Source: Roseibacillus sp. (GTDB lineage: Bacteria; Verrucomicrobiota; Verrucomicrobiia; Verrucomicrobiales; Akkermansiaceae). Taken from it: DNA of 64,000 bases. The DNA lies in the NCBI GenBank assembly GCA_051251855.1, contig JBPOGI010000001.1, forward strand, positions 224,001 to 288,000, given 5' to 3'. This document shows, one piece after another, positions 18,880 through 28,771 of the stretch. The first letter of the stretch is position 1. The number at the start of each line of letters is the position of its first letter. The notes under the pieces are model-generated. The model did not search any database. It was not told where the DNA came from and saw nothing but the letters and a program-made list of their open reading frames with translations. The position numbers and the translations under genes are program-made.

Positions 18880-19788
18880 TTAGACCGGAAGGCGTTTGGA
18901 GGAGATGGCGACTTGCATCCCGGAGTAGACGCTGCCGTTGCGGTCAAACTTTCCTGAGATGGGCATGATGCCGCGAGGGTGGTAGCTGGTGGCGACTGCG
19001 ATGTGGCCTACGCCGGTGCGGTGGCCGATGGAGGGGTCGTAGCCAATCCAGCCGTAGTGAGGAAGGTAGACTTCGACCCAAGCGTGGGTGGAACCGCGGG
19101 CGACTTTGGTGTTTTCGCTTTCCATGTATCCGCTGACGAAGCGGGCCGCGTAGCCGATGGTGCGGGCGGCTTCCATGAGGAGAACGGCGGTGTCGCGGCA
19201 AGAGCCGGATCCGAGGGAAAGGGTTTCGAGAGGGGTCTGTACTCCGGGAGACTCTCGGCGTTGGTATTTGATGACGCTGTGAATCTGGCTTGCCAAGTTG
19301 TCGAAGATGGGGGCTTCGTTTCCTGTGTGAGGAAGTAGATTAAGTTCTATCACCCAGGACCGCAGACCATCGACATCGGAAGGAAAGACAGTGCGTCGAA
19401 AGAGGTAGGTAGCTGCTTCCTCGATACCGGAGTGAACGGGGGGGTAGGGGGTGAGAATGTTGCTTGGTGGACTTGCCGGGTCGTCTTCAGAGCGCTTGGC
19501 AACGGTGAACTCGGAGGTGACGACAAGTGAAGGGGCGTCTTGGGTGAACTCACCGAGGGCGACGATGTTGCCCTCGATATCTTCGCTCCATCGCAACTTG
19601 GAGGCGGGCTCGGTTGTGAGGGTCATGGACTCCAAGCGGGTGCGATGGTCTTCGCGCGGACGTAGAACAAAGCGATGAGCCAAAAAGTGAACTGGGCCCG
19701 AATAGGTGTATTCAGTGCGGTGACTGAAAGAGATCCGGGTGACGGTTTCTTGATTCTGGCTGGGAGAAGGTGGAGTGAGATAATTCAT
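18880..19788 (-). CDS. Transglutaminase-like protein with bacterial N-terminal domain
   Basis: HRTEYTY N-terminal motif; Cys-His-Asp triad in GSCRD, HAWVE, YDP. ATGA overlap with the upstream gene supports a start at 19788. Confidence 0.9.
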   Translation of the reverse strand: MNYLTPPSPSQNQETVTRISFSHRTEYTYSGPVHFLAHRFVLRPREDHRTRLESMTLTTEPASKLRWSEDIEGNIVALGEFTQDAPSLVVTSEFTVAKRSEDDPASPPSNILTPYPPVHSGIEEAATYLFRRTVFPSDVDGLRSWVIELNLLPHTGNEAPIFDNLASQIHSVIKYQRRESPGVQTPLETLSLGSGSCRDTAVLLMEAARTIGYAARFVSGYMESENTKVARGSTHAWVEVYLPHYGWIGYDPSIGHRTGVGHIAVATSYHPRGIMPISGKFDRNGSVYSGMQVAISSKRLPV

Positions 19789-20636
19789 GAGAAGATGATG
19801 GCTTGTCCTTTCTCGTGCAGGCTTTGTTGGGTGAGAGGTTGGAAAGAGGGATCTGCGCAATCGCAGGAGACTTGAAAGCTCGAGTTGCCAATATCGCCGA
19901 TTAAGTTGGCGACCGCTACGTCTGCGGCATCGCGCCCACGGGCAATCTTAACCACTCCGTTGAGGGGCGCGAGATGGGTGGGGTCGAAAAAGCACCAGCG
20001 ACCGCCGATGTAAGCCTCGAGGCAGGCGTGAAAGTCTTGTGGCTGGAGCTGGTGGGCGTAGACGGTGACGTAGCGGGCTGGAATGGAGAGGGCGCGCAGG
20101 AGGGAGATTGCTAAGTGGGCAAAGTCTCGGCAGACGCCTTGTCGGTTGAGGAGGGTGTCGACGGCTGAATCGGAGGGGCCGGAGATTCCGATGCTATAGT
20201 TGATGTGGCTGTAGACCCAAGCGACGACCGAGGAGGCTTTGGCAAAGGCGGAAGACTCGGTCTCGGCGATGTCGGTGGCGACATGCCGGAGTCGGTCCGA
20301 TTGACAGTATCGGCTGGGATAGAGAAAGGGAAGAATGGCTCCGGTGAGGTCCGAGAGAATGGGATGGGCGAGGGAGGCTCCCTCGACAACTTCGTAGCTG
20401 GTTTCCACCTGAGCCTGGTAGTTGAGGGTTAGTGGTCCTGATTCAAGCACCTTGATTCGAGTGGAGCGACCGACGGCGGAGTCTACTTCCAAATCTTCCA
20501 GTTCGACTTGTCGGCTGGTGGTGAAGTTTTCCGAGATGAGCCGTTGCGAAGAGCTGCACAGGCATTTGACGGAGGCGAGAATGGAGGACTCGCCGTTGAC
20601 TGAGTAATCGAGTTGGGCGCTGGTGTTAAAAATCAT
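19785..20636 (-). CDS. Transglutaminase-like protein
   Basis: PSRYCQSD, GVCRDFAH, FHA, FDPT and GRDAAD motifs. Confidence 0.9.
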   Translation of the reverse strand: MIFNTSAQLDYSVNGESSILASVKCLCSSSQRLISENFTTSRQVELEDLEVDSAVGRSTRIKVLESGPLTLNYQAQVETSYEVVEGASLAHPILSDLTGAILPFLYPSRYCQSDRLRHVATDIAETESSAFAKASSVVAWVYSHINYSIGISGPSDSAVDTLLNRQGVCRDFAHLAISLLRALSIPARYVTVYAHQLQPQDFHACLEAYIGGRWCFFDPTHLAPLNGVVKIARGRDAADVAVANLIGDIGNSSFQVSCDCADPSFQPLTQQSLHEKGQAIIFS

Positions 20637-20850
20637 GGGAAGTTGGAGTGTCGTCTCGCACCGGAGAAAAAGCTACCTCGGCTGCTCTAACCGAGGAGTT
20701 TCTAGAATATCAAGAGCGCGGGGCTTCTTAATGAATGGTCGCGATATTGGCTCCTCGGCTGGGGAGGTGAAGAGTGACTGGCGTGACGCAGCTTCCTTGC
20801 CAACTTGGAACTTACCCAATGAGCTCCCGTAGGGAATGTGAGGCGGGCTT

Positions 20851-22074
20851 CTAGGTGGGAGCTTTGTCGAGGCCGAAGGAGCTGTGGACGGCACGGGCGG
20901 CGTCTTCGATGCTGGCTTCGGGGACGGTGACCGAGATTTTGATTTCGGAGGTGGAGATCATGCCGATGTTGATGCCTTGGTCGCCGAGGGCTTGGAACAT
21001 TTGGGCGGCCACTCCAGAGTGGGAGCGCATACCGATGCCGACCACGGAGAGTTTGCCAATGCCAGCTTCGGTTTCGACTTTGGCGTCAGGGGAGAGTTCG
21101 CTGAGGCAAGGCTGGAGTGCTGCTTGGGCCCGGCCGAGATCCACGGTGTTCATGGTGAAGGAGTGGCGTGCGAGCCCGTCGGACGCGATGTTGGAGACGA
21201 TCATGTCGATGTTGATTTCATCATCAGCAAGGGCTCCGAGTATCTTGGCGGACATGCCGGGCTCGTCGGGGATGTCGGTGATGGTGACACGTGCCTGTGA
21301 GCGTTCGATTGAGACGCCACGAATGACGACGGATTCCATGTTGGGGTGTTCTTCGGTCACGATAGTTCCAGGATTGTTGTTGAGAGAGGAGCGCACTTCG
21401 AATTTGACGCCAAACTTTTTGGCGAATTCAACGGAGCGGGATTGCATCACTTTGGTGCCCACGGAGGCGAGTTCGAGCAATTCGTCGTAGGAGATTTCGG
21501 GGAGTTTGCGGGCGTCGGGGACGACGCGGGGGTCGGCGGTGTAGACGCCGTCGACGTCGGTAAGAACTTGGCAGACATCAGCTTCGAGGGACGCGGCGAT
21601 GGCGATGGCGGAGAGGTCTGAGCCGCCGCGACCGAGGGTTTGAATATTTCCGGTGGCGTTGATGCCTTGGAATCCTGCGACGATGAGGACTTTGCCTTCT
21701 TCGAGGAGGCTCCGAGTGTGTGCTCCGTCGAGGGCGTCGATGCGGGCGCGGGTGTGAGAGCCGGTGGTGCGGAGGCCAGCTTGGCGTCCGGTTATGGAGA
21801 GGGCTGGGACACCCATCTCTTGTAAGGCCATGGCGAGGAGGGCGATGGATTGCTGCTCGCCGGTGGAGACGAGGACGTCCATTTCGCGCTCGGTGGGGTT
21901 GGCCGACATTTCGTGGGCCATGGCGATGAGCTTGTCGGTGACCCCGCTCATGGCGGAGACGACGACGGCGACGCTGTGACCTTCTTCATGAAGGGCTTTG
22001 ACGCGGCTGGCGACGTTGCGGATGCGGTCGAAGGACCCAACTGAAGTTCCTCCGTATTTTTGGACGATGACCAT
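20851..22074 (-). CDS. lysC: Aspartate kinase
   Basis: VQKYGGTSV, VVSAM, LGRGGSD, DVDGVYTADP and two ACT domains. Confidence 0.96.
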   Translation of the reverse strand: MVIVQKYGGTSVGSFDRIRNVASRVKALHEEGHSVAVVVSAMSGVTDKLIAMAHEMSANPTEREMDVLVSTGEQQSIALLAMALQEMGVPALSITGRQAGLRTTGSHTRARIDALDGAHTRSLLEEGKVLIVAGFQGINATGNIQTLGRGGSDLSAIAIAASLEADVCQVLTDVDGVYTADPRVVPDARKLPEISYDELLELASVGTKVMQSRSVEFAKKFGVKFEVRSSLNNNPGTIVTEEHPNMESVVIRGVSIERSQARVTITDIPDEPGMSAKILGALADDEINIDMIVSNIASDGLARHSFTMNTVDLGRAQAALQPCLSELSPDAKVETEAGIGKLSVVGIGMRSHSGVAAQMFQALGDQGINIGMISTSEIKISVTVPEASIEDAARAVHSSFGLDKAPT

Positions 22075-22216
22075 TGTTTGCGGAAGGGGGTCTAACCAAG
22101 AGTAGGGCTCAAGGGCGAGAATATTTTCTTAGGATAGTGAGGTGAGGAGATTCTTTGCTGAAAAAGAGAAGTTGCCTTGAGTGCATGGCGTCGCAGGCCT
22201 AGCTTCGCTGGAGAGG

Positions 22217-23932
22217 ATGGCTACCACGAATTCGAGGACCCGGCGATGGATTCTCCGGGATGACCCCGGAGAGGTGCCGTCTTGTGAGGCGGTATCGGGG
22301 TTGCATGAGGTCTTGCAACGCCTTTTGGGGCAGCGGGGCTTTGTAGATGAGCTTTGTGTGGGGAACTTTTTGGAGCCAAAATTGAAGGATCTGAGTGATC
22401 CCTTTGAATTGCCCGAGATGGAGGAGGCGGTAGCGCGGGTTTTTCAGGCGGTGGATGAGGGGCAGGAAATTTGTGTCTATGGTGACTATGATGTCGATGG
22501 AATCACTTCCATCACGATCATGCAGACGGTTCTGCAGGCGTATGGGGCGAAGGTTCGCCACTTTGTGCCGGTACGAGGAACGGAGGGTTACGGTCTGAGT
22601 GAGGCGGCGATTGAGCGTTGTATGCGCGAGGGGGTGCGGCCGGATCTCTTTATTACGGTGGATTGTGGCACGGTGTCGCATGAACCGATTGAGCAGTTAC
22701 GTGGCCAAGGAATCGATGTCATTGTGGTGGATCACCATGAGCGTGGGGAGGCGGGGCGGCCGGGTTGTGTGGCGCTGATCAATCCGAAGTTCGAGTCGAC
22801 GCCGTATGCGTATCTATGTGCGGCGGGAGTGGTCTTCAAGTTGGCGCATGGGTTGTTAAAGACGCGGCCCTTGGATGATTTTGATTTGAAAAGTGTGCTG
22901 GACCTCGTGGCGGTAGCGACGATTTCCGATATTGTGCCGTTGGTGGGTGAAAATCGCTTGTTGGTGAGGCATGGATTGCGGCGCTTGCCACAGACGATGA
23001 ATGCGGGTTTGCGGGCGCTGATGGAGGTGACGGGGTTGAATGGGCACGCAAGTAGTAGTGATGTGGGTTTTCGGATTGGGCCGCGCATCAATGCTGCGGG
23101 TCGGATGGACCGGCCGGATGAGGCGTTGAGTACGTTGTTGGCGGAGACTCCGGCAGAGGCGAAGGAGTTGGCAGAGCGGTTAGACAATTACAATAAGGAG
23201 CGCCAGAAGATGGAGCTGCGGATTTTGGCCGAGGCTGAGGCGCAGGTAGCGGAGGTGCATGATGTGGAGAAGGATCCGGTGATTGTGGTGGGGTCGCGGA
23301 ATTGGCATCCAGGGGTGGTTGGGATTGTGGCGTCGCGATTGATGCGGAAGTATCATCGTCCAGCCTTTGTGATTGCGATTGATGAGAAGGGGGTCGGCAA
23401 GGGTAGTGGTCGAAGTGTGGAGGGGGTGTCACTGGTGGAGGCGATTGCGCATGGACGTGAATTTTTGATTGCGGGTGGCGGGCACCACATGGCGGCGGGA
23501 ATCAGTGTGGAAGAGGGGGAGATGGAGAAGTTTCGAGAATCTTTCGCGAGCTATGTGTTGGCGAATGCGTCGACAGAGGATTTGGAACCGAAGTTGCATA
23601 TCGATGGGGTGTTGGGCTTGGAGGCTTTGGACCTCGATTTTTTACATCAGTATGAGCGTTTACAACCGTTCGGTTCGGGCAATGCGGTGCCGGTGTTTGT
23701 GGCGCGCGATGTTTGGTTGTCGGAGGCTCCGCGTAATCTTAAGAACAATCATTTGAAGCTTTGGCTGCGACAGGGGCAGGCGGAGAAGGATGCCATGTTC
23801 TTCGGGGGAGGAGAGCGTGAATTACCTGAGCCGCCATGGGATGTAGCCTTTACTATTGACCGAAATTTTTTCCGCGGGGTGACGAGCTGCCAGATGCTGG
23901 TGCGCGATATTCGTCCCGCAGGACAGTTCTAA
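22217..23932 (+). CDS. recJ: Single-stranded-DNA exonuclease RecJ
   Basis: GDYDVDG, TVDCG, DHH, PRINAAGR and GGHHMAAG motifs. GGAGAGG precedes ATG 22217. Confidence 0.96.
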   Translation: MATTNSRTRRWILRDDPGEVPSCEAVSGLHEVLQRLLGQRGFVDELCVGNFLEPKLKDLSDPFELPEMEEAVARVFQAVDEGQEICVYGDYDVDGITSITIMQTVLQAYGAKVRHFVPVRGTEGYGLSEAAIERCMREGVRPDLFITVDCGTVSHEPIEQLRGQGIDVIVVDHHERGEAGRPGCVALINPKFESTPYAYLCAAGVVFKLAHGLLKTRPLDDFDLKSVLDLVAVATISDIVPLVGENRLLVRHGLRRLPQTMNAGLRALMEVTGLNGHASSSDVGFRIGPRINAAGRMDRPDEALSTLLAETPAEAKELAERLDNYNKERQKMELRILAEAEAQVAEVHDVEKDPVIVVGSRNWHPGVVGIVASRLMRKYHRPAFVIAIDEKGVGKGSGRSVEGVSLVEAIAHGREFLIAGGGHHMAAGISVEEGEMEKFRESFASYVLANASTEDLEPKLHIDGVLGLEALDLDFLHQYERLQPFGSGNAVPVFVARDVWLSEAPRNLKNNHLKLWLRQGQAEKDAMFFGGGERELPEPPWDVAFTIDRNFFRGVTSCQMLVRDIRPAGQF

Positions 23933-23941
23933 CAGATTGAG

Positions 23942-25276
23942 ATGACTTTACCTGAATTGAAGGTGGCGCTGGACGCTACGGGAGTGATTCCTTCGCGGAA
24001 GCTGGGACAAAACTTTTTGCATGATGCGAATGTATCACGCTGGATTGGAGAGCAGTTAGACCCGCAACCAGATGATTGTATTGTCGAGGTGGGGCCGGGC
24101 ACGGGGGCGTTGAGTGAGCATCTAGTGGGGAAAGTGCGGAAGCTTATTTTGGTGGAGTATGATCAGCGCTTGGCCGAATATTTGACGGCGAAATTTGCGA
24201 ATGAGCCTTCAGTTGAGGTCTATAGTGAGGACGGGGCGCGGTTCGATTTGCGGCCGCTGTGGGCGGAGGGGAAGGTGAAGCTGCTAGGGAACTTGCCCTA
24301 TTCGGCAGGGGGGGCGATTTTACGGAATTTTCTTAAGGGGCCGACGCCGGTTGAGCGTGCGGTGATTATGCTGCAGAAGGAGGTCATCGATCGAATTCTG
24401 GCTAAGCCACGTACGAAAGCGTTTGGGGTGCTGACCTTGCGGATGCAGAGCGAGTGGGATTCAGCGCCGATCAAGACGATTGGGCCGGAGTGTTTTCATC
24501 CACGCCCGTTGATTGATTCTACCGTGATGATGTGTCGTCAGCGGGCGGTGCCGTTGCCTATCTTTGATAAGCGTTTATTCGATGAGCTGATTCGACGTGG
24601 ATTTGCGCAACGGCGGAAGATGTTGCGAAAGGCGATGCCCGATGCGCCGGCTTGGCCCGAGGTGGCGGAGAAGGTGGGATGCACGGAGACGACGCGGGCG
24701 GAGGAGTTGAGCTTAGAGCAGTGGGTGGAGCTGACGCGGTGCTACGATGCATCTAGTAGTATTCCCGCGCAGAGTGGAGATGAGATTTTTGACGTTGTTG
24801 ATGAAAACAATGAGGTGACGGGGCAGGCGACACGGACCGAGGTTCATGAAAAGGGGCTGAGGCATCGTGCGGTTCATGTTTTTGTGGTGAATGGAAAGAG
24901 CGAGATGTTGTTGCAGCAGCGTTCGATATTGAAGGATGTTAATCCAGGTAAGTGGGGGTCTAGTGCGGCGGGGCATCTCGATGCGGGGGAAGGTTATGAG
25001 GAGGCGGCTCGACGTGAGATTGGCGAGGAGCTGGGAATTGAGGATGCGGAGTTGCCGCTGAAGTTTGTCGGGGAGTTGCCGCCGAGCGAGAGCAACGGGT
25101 GGGAGTTTATCCGGCTTTATGTGACGGTTTATTCAGGTGCTCTGCGGATGCCTGCCAATGAGGTGGGTGCGGTGGAGTGGATGGAGCAGGATGTTTTGAG
25201 AGACTGGTTGGTGAGGCGGCCAGAGGATTTTTCGGGAGGGTTTCGAGAGTGTTGGGGGATGTTGGAGAAGGATTGA
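23942..25276 (+). CDS. rsmA: 16S rRNA dimethyltransferase RsmA fused to a C-terminal NUDIX domain
   Basis: LGQNFL, EVGPGTG, GNLPY, MLQKEV and QRRKML, followed by Nudix box GHLDAGEGYEEAARREIGEELG. Confidence 0.93.
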   Translation: MTLPELKVALDATGVIPSRKLGQNFLHDANVSRWIGEQLDPQPDDCIVEVGPGTGALSEHLVGKVRKLILVEYDQRLAEYLTAKFANEPSVEVYSEDGARFDLRPLWAEGKVKLLGNLPYSAGGAILRNFLKGPTPVERAVIMLQKEVIDRILAKPRTKAFGVLTLRMQSEWDSAPIKTIGPECFHPRPLIDSTVMMCRQRAVPLPIFDKRLFDELIRRGFAQRRKMLRKAMPDAPAWPEVAEKVGCTETTRAEELSLEQWVELTRCYDASSSIPAQSGDEIFDVVDENNEVTGQATRTEVHEKGLRHRAVHVFVVNGKSEMLLQQRSILKDVNPGKWGSSAAGHLDAGEGYEEAARREIGEELGIEDAELPLKFVGELPPSESNGWEFIRLYVTVYSGALRMPANEVGAVEWMEQDVLRDWLVRRPEDFSGGFRECWGMLEKD

Positions 25277-25379
25277 GGCGCGGAAGTTTCCTTAAGTTGG
25301 AGAGAAGGAAGAGAGAGGATCCGGGGGGCTGTGGTTTTGAATAGAGGGGAGCAAAGGACGAGGCCGCGGAATGTGTGTT

Positions 25380-25856
25380 TTATGCTTCGACTGCTTCGAG
25401 GGGGTAGCCGAGGGTGGTCATTGTTTCTTCGAACTTGTAGTTGTTGCCAATGCAAGTTGAGGGGATGACGTGGTAGGAACCGTCAGTTTGAAGAAGGATG
25501 TATTCTCTGGTCTTTCGCTTGGTTTGGGAGGCGAGAATACGGGTGATGTCGGTTTTTGGGATGGAGGTGCATTTGCCTTGTGCTTCGAAGATGAGAGCCT
25601 TGGGGCCAAGAGTGAGGCTCCATCGCTGAGGCCTCCATTCCCAAATCAGCCACTTGAATTGAACCATAAACATCAGGGCGGCCAACCAGGGGGCAAAGTT
25701 TAAGGAGGCTTCTCCAAAGGTGAATTTGCCGCAGCCGATCAGTAAAATCACCAAAAGGGTTACAATTCTGGGCATGGATCCCAAAATGGTTTTGCGATGG
25801 AGGTAAATCTCTTCCGGCATGGGAAGGATTTTAGCGAAAGGGAGGGATGGCTTCAA
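25380..25856 (-). CDS. Hypothetical membrane protein (2 TM)
   Basis: 158-aa ORF with two hydrophobic segments; start uncertain. Confidence 0.6.
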   Translation of the reverse strand: MKPSLPFAKILPMPEEIYLHRKTILGSMPRIVTLLVILLIGCGKFTFGEASLNFAPWLAALMFMVQFKWLIWEWRPQRWSLTLGPKALIFEAQGKCTSIPKTDITRILASQTKRKTREYILLQTDGSYHVIPSTCIGNNYKFEETMTTLGYPLEAVEA

Positions 25857-25932
25857 TCTCGATCAAGAGAAGCTTCGGGCCTTGGGGTTACTGCTTGGAG
25901 GAGGGAGTATCCTTCGACAATGACTGAGGGTT

Positions 25933-26787
25933 TCACCGGTTGCCGCGCCACTTGAGGAAAATGAAGAGAAGGAGACCGAAGACCACGATGACGATGGCGA
26001 AGGCGGTGAGGGCAATCTTCTTGGTCTGCTCAATTTCCTCCATGGTGAGGTCTTGCTGACCAGGTGGGATGACGTCGGGCTGGGCCTTGATGATGAGGGC
26101 GTTTTCAGAGAGCTCAAGGGAGGTGAGCTTTTTCATGATGGGCCCAAGAAGTTCGTCCTTCAGATAGGGGGCGGTGATTTGGTGATCGGAGAGGTGGGCT
26201 GCGAATTCGTCGGGGACCGTTCCTTTCAGGGAGTCGATGTGGTCGATATCGATGAGGAGTTGACCGCTTTCGAGACGGGGCTTGCCTCGAAAGGTCCCGT
26301 TGAGATATCGGTGCGAGGTGTCGCCAATGGGCTTGCCGTTGATGCGGTAGGAGATTTGGACTTTAGCTTCCGTAGGCGAAAGCGAGAGGATGTAGAAGGT
26401 CTCGCGGAGTTCTTCGAATTGATGATGGGCGGCGATAGAGAGATTGAGGTCCTGAGTGCTGAGGGTGAGTTCGGCGGGCTGGTTGGCGAGAACTGCGGCC
26501 CGGAAGCCATCGAGGCGTCGGGAGAGATCGTTAAATTCGCTTTCGAATTGTAAGGGTTCTAGAACGGCGGTGGGGACGGGGTCCTTTTCGGTGAATTTGG
26601 AGATTTCGCTATCGACCCTGAAGAGTGACCAAATAGTGAAGCCCACGAGAAAGAGCATCATGACGGCAGCAGCAATAATGATGGTGCACCCGGCGAAGGG
26701 TGACTGAGGGACATCCTTTTTTTTCTTGGAAGTCTCGGGTTGGTTGGGCTTTGCCGTGGTGCGGCGGCGATTGTTTTCGCTCGGCAT
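25933..26787 (-). CDS. Hypothetical membrane protein (TM near each end)
   Basis: 284-aa ORF with two TM helices flanking a soluble domain. Confidence 0.75.
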   Translation of the reverse strand: MPSENNRRRTTAKPNQPETSKKKKDVPQSPFAGCTIIIAAAVMMLFLVGFTIWSLFRVDSEISKFTEKDPVPTAVLEPLQFESEFNDLSRRLDGFRAAVLANQPAELTLSTQDLNLSIAAHHQFEELRETFYILSLSPTEAKVQISYRINGKPIGDTSHRYLNGTFRGKPRLESGQLLIDIDHIDSLKGTVPDEFAAHLSDHQITAPYLKDELLGPIMKKLTSLELSENALIIKAQPDVIPPGQQDLTMEEIEQTKKIALTAFAIVIVVFGLLLFIFLKWRGNR

Positions 26788-26880
26788 GGGGGGGAACTTT
26801 TAAGAGGAGAATTGCCAAGGCGCAAGACACGAGCGACATTTGGGATTTCCGTTTTCGTCATCACGGGTTAAGCCGGTGCT

Positions 26881-27954
26881 ATGGCGCGCATCATGGTTGG
26901 TCTTTCTGGCGGAGTGGATTCTTCAGTAGCGGCGGCTTTGTTGTTGGAGCAAGGGCATGAGGTGGTGGGCGGATACATGAAAAATTGGATCAACGATGAG
27001 GGGATTGCGGGGGATTGTCCGTGGGAACAGGATGTGGAGGATGCCGCTGCGGTAGCGAAGCATTTAGGCATCGAGTTTCGGGTGGTGGACTTGGTGGATC
27101 ATTATCGCGAGCGGATCGTAGATTACCTGCTGGCGGGATATCAGGATGGGATCACACCGAATCCCGATGTGTTCTGCAATCGAGAGATGAAATTCGGGGT
27201 GTTTCTTGACTATGCTCTTTCGCAGGGCTTTGAAGCGGTGGGAACGGGGCATTATGCGCGGAGACGGGTGCTAGAGAATGGAGCGGCAGTGATCCTTCGT
27301 GGTGCGGACCCTAATAAGGATCAATCCTACTTCTTGGCGATGATGAAGCCTGAACAGGTTCTGCGTGCTCGTTTTCCTGTAGGGGAGTTGTTGAAGACTC
27401 AGGTGAGGGAGGAGGCTCGGCGCTTTGGTTTGCCGACGGCGGAAAAGAAGGACAGTCAGGGCATTTGTTTTATTGGGAACATCAAGATGAACGACTTTCT
27501 GACCCATTACGTGAAGGATAACCCCGGCGAGATTGTGGATCTGTCGGGTAAGGTGCTGGGGACTCATCGCGGATTACATTTGTTTACGCTTGGTCAGCGC
27601 AAGGGGCACGGGGTGGCATCGCCGCGCGAGGGGATGGCTTATGTCGTTGTGCGTAAGGAGGCTGAAACCAAGAGGTTGGTTGTGGCTTATGAGGATGAGG
27701 AAGGAAGTGGCCTATTTGCGACGGAGTGTCGAGTGGGCTCGCTTTCGTGGCTCAATGGGGCCCGGGAAGGGGTGATTGAGGCGCAGCCTAGGTATCGGGC
27801 GAAGTCTGAGCGAGTGAGGGTGACCCCAAGCGATGAAGGTCTACATCTGAGGTTCGAGCGTCCTCAACGGGCATTGACGCCAGGACAAGTGTGCGGATTC
27901 TATGAGGGAGGGCTTCTTTTAGGGGGCGGAATTTTTGAGGAAATATACTCCTGA
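26881..27954 (+). CDS. mnmA: tRNA-specific 2-thiouridylase
   Basis: SGGVDS, TPNPDVFCN, TGHYA, KDQSYFL, DSQGICF and GQRKG motifs. Confidence 0.97.
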   Translation: MARIMVGLSGGVDSSVAAALLLEQGHEVVGGYMKNWINDEGIAGDCPWEQDVEDAAAVAKHLGIEFRVVDLVDHYRERIVDYLLAGYQDGITPNPDVFCNREMKFGVFLDYALSQGFEAVGTGHYARRRVLENGAAVILRGADPNKDQSYFLAMMKPEQVLRARFPVGELLKTQVREEARRFGLPTAEKKDSQGICFIGNIKMNDFLTHYVKDNPGEIVDLSGKVLGTHRGLHLFTLGQRKGHGVASPREGMAYVVVRKEAETKRLVVAYEDEEGSGLFATECRVGSLSWLNGAREGVIEAQPRYRAKSERVRVTPSDEGLHLRFERPQRALTPGQVCGFYEGGLLLGGGIFEEIYS

Positions 27955-28312
27955 GAAGCTCAAATTGCGGGATCCTTAAGATTTCTTAAAAAAAGAATAT
28001 GGATGACGTAAAAATATCAGGAACTTGTAATAAGACCGAAATCCGAAATTTTATTAGCGGGCGTTCAATCTTTTTTCGGATTTTTTTCGGCGAGCTGATA
28101 ATTGCCTATGTTCAATAACCTTTGATAGAATGGGGGATAGAGACCTATTTTGAAGATGATTTAAGCTTCATCTTTTGTTGGTTTTGAACTTTTCTAATTA
28201 ATCAAGATCCTTGAAATAACAACGATTTCGAATGATTCGCTTACCAAAAAAGATTCGTAATCCTGACGTTCTTTATTCACAGTCTGTCCAGCCCTACGAA
28301 TCAACCCTGATT

Positions 28313-28759
28313 ATGACTGCAAACACAAGTTCTCTCGGACCGTTCAGTTCGACACAAACCGAAGCCCTCGCCGAAAGTTTTTTAACCTCCATTGTGGTGG
28401 AGAAAGCGCAATCGTCTTGTGAGTCGGTTGCGGTCACTCTCGACGAAGATGCATCCGAGCACGACATTCTGAATGATTTTCTCTCAGCCTGTGGTGAATA
28501 CATGACTGCTTCCGCTCGTGATAGTCGTCATCGCACACGATACGCAGCTTGGTGTGCTGAGCGTTGTAGCGAAACTGCTGCTGTTTGTGACACGTTGGGA
28601 GACTCTGCTTCCCGTCGATGTGCTCGTTGGTGTCGATTGCTGATGGCTGAACTCAACAATGAGTTGGCTGGAGTAAAGAAGACGATGAACAGCGACGTGA
28701 ATTGGGGTGGCGTAAAAGACCTTCTTAACAAGGAAGTGAAGCTTCCATGGGGAGGCTAG
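28313..28759 (+). CDS. Cys-rich four-helix-bundle-like protein (degenerate DUF326/Csp-like)
   Basis: ARDS...WCAERCSETAAVC...RRCARWC pattern. ATG 28313 preferred. Confidence 0.55.
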   Translation: MTANTSSLGPFSSTQTEALAESFLTSIVVEKAQSSCESVAVTLDEDASEHDILNDFLSACGEYMTASARDSRHRTRYAAWCAERCSETAAVCDTLGDSASRRCARWCRLLMAELNNELAGVKKTMNSDVNWGGVKDLLNKEVKLPWGG

Positions 28760-28771
28760 AAAGCCGCAGTT

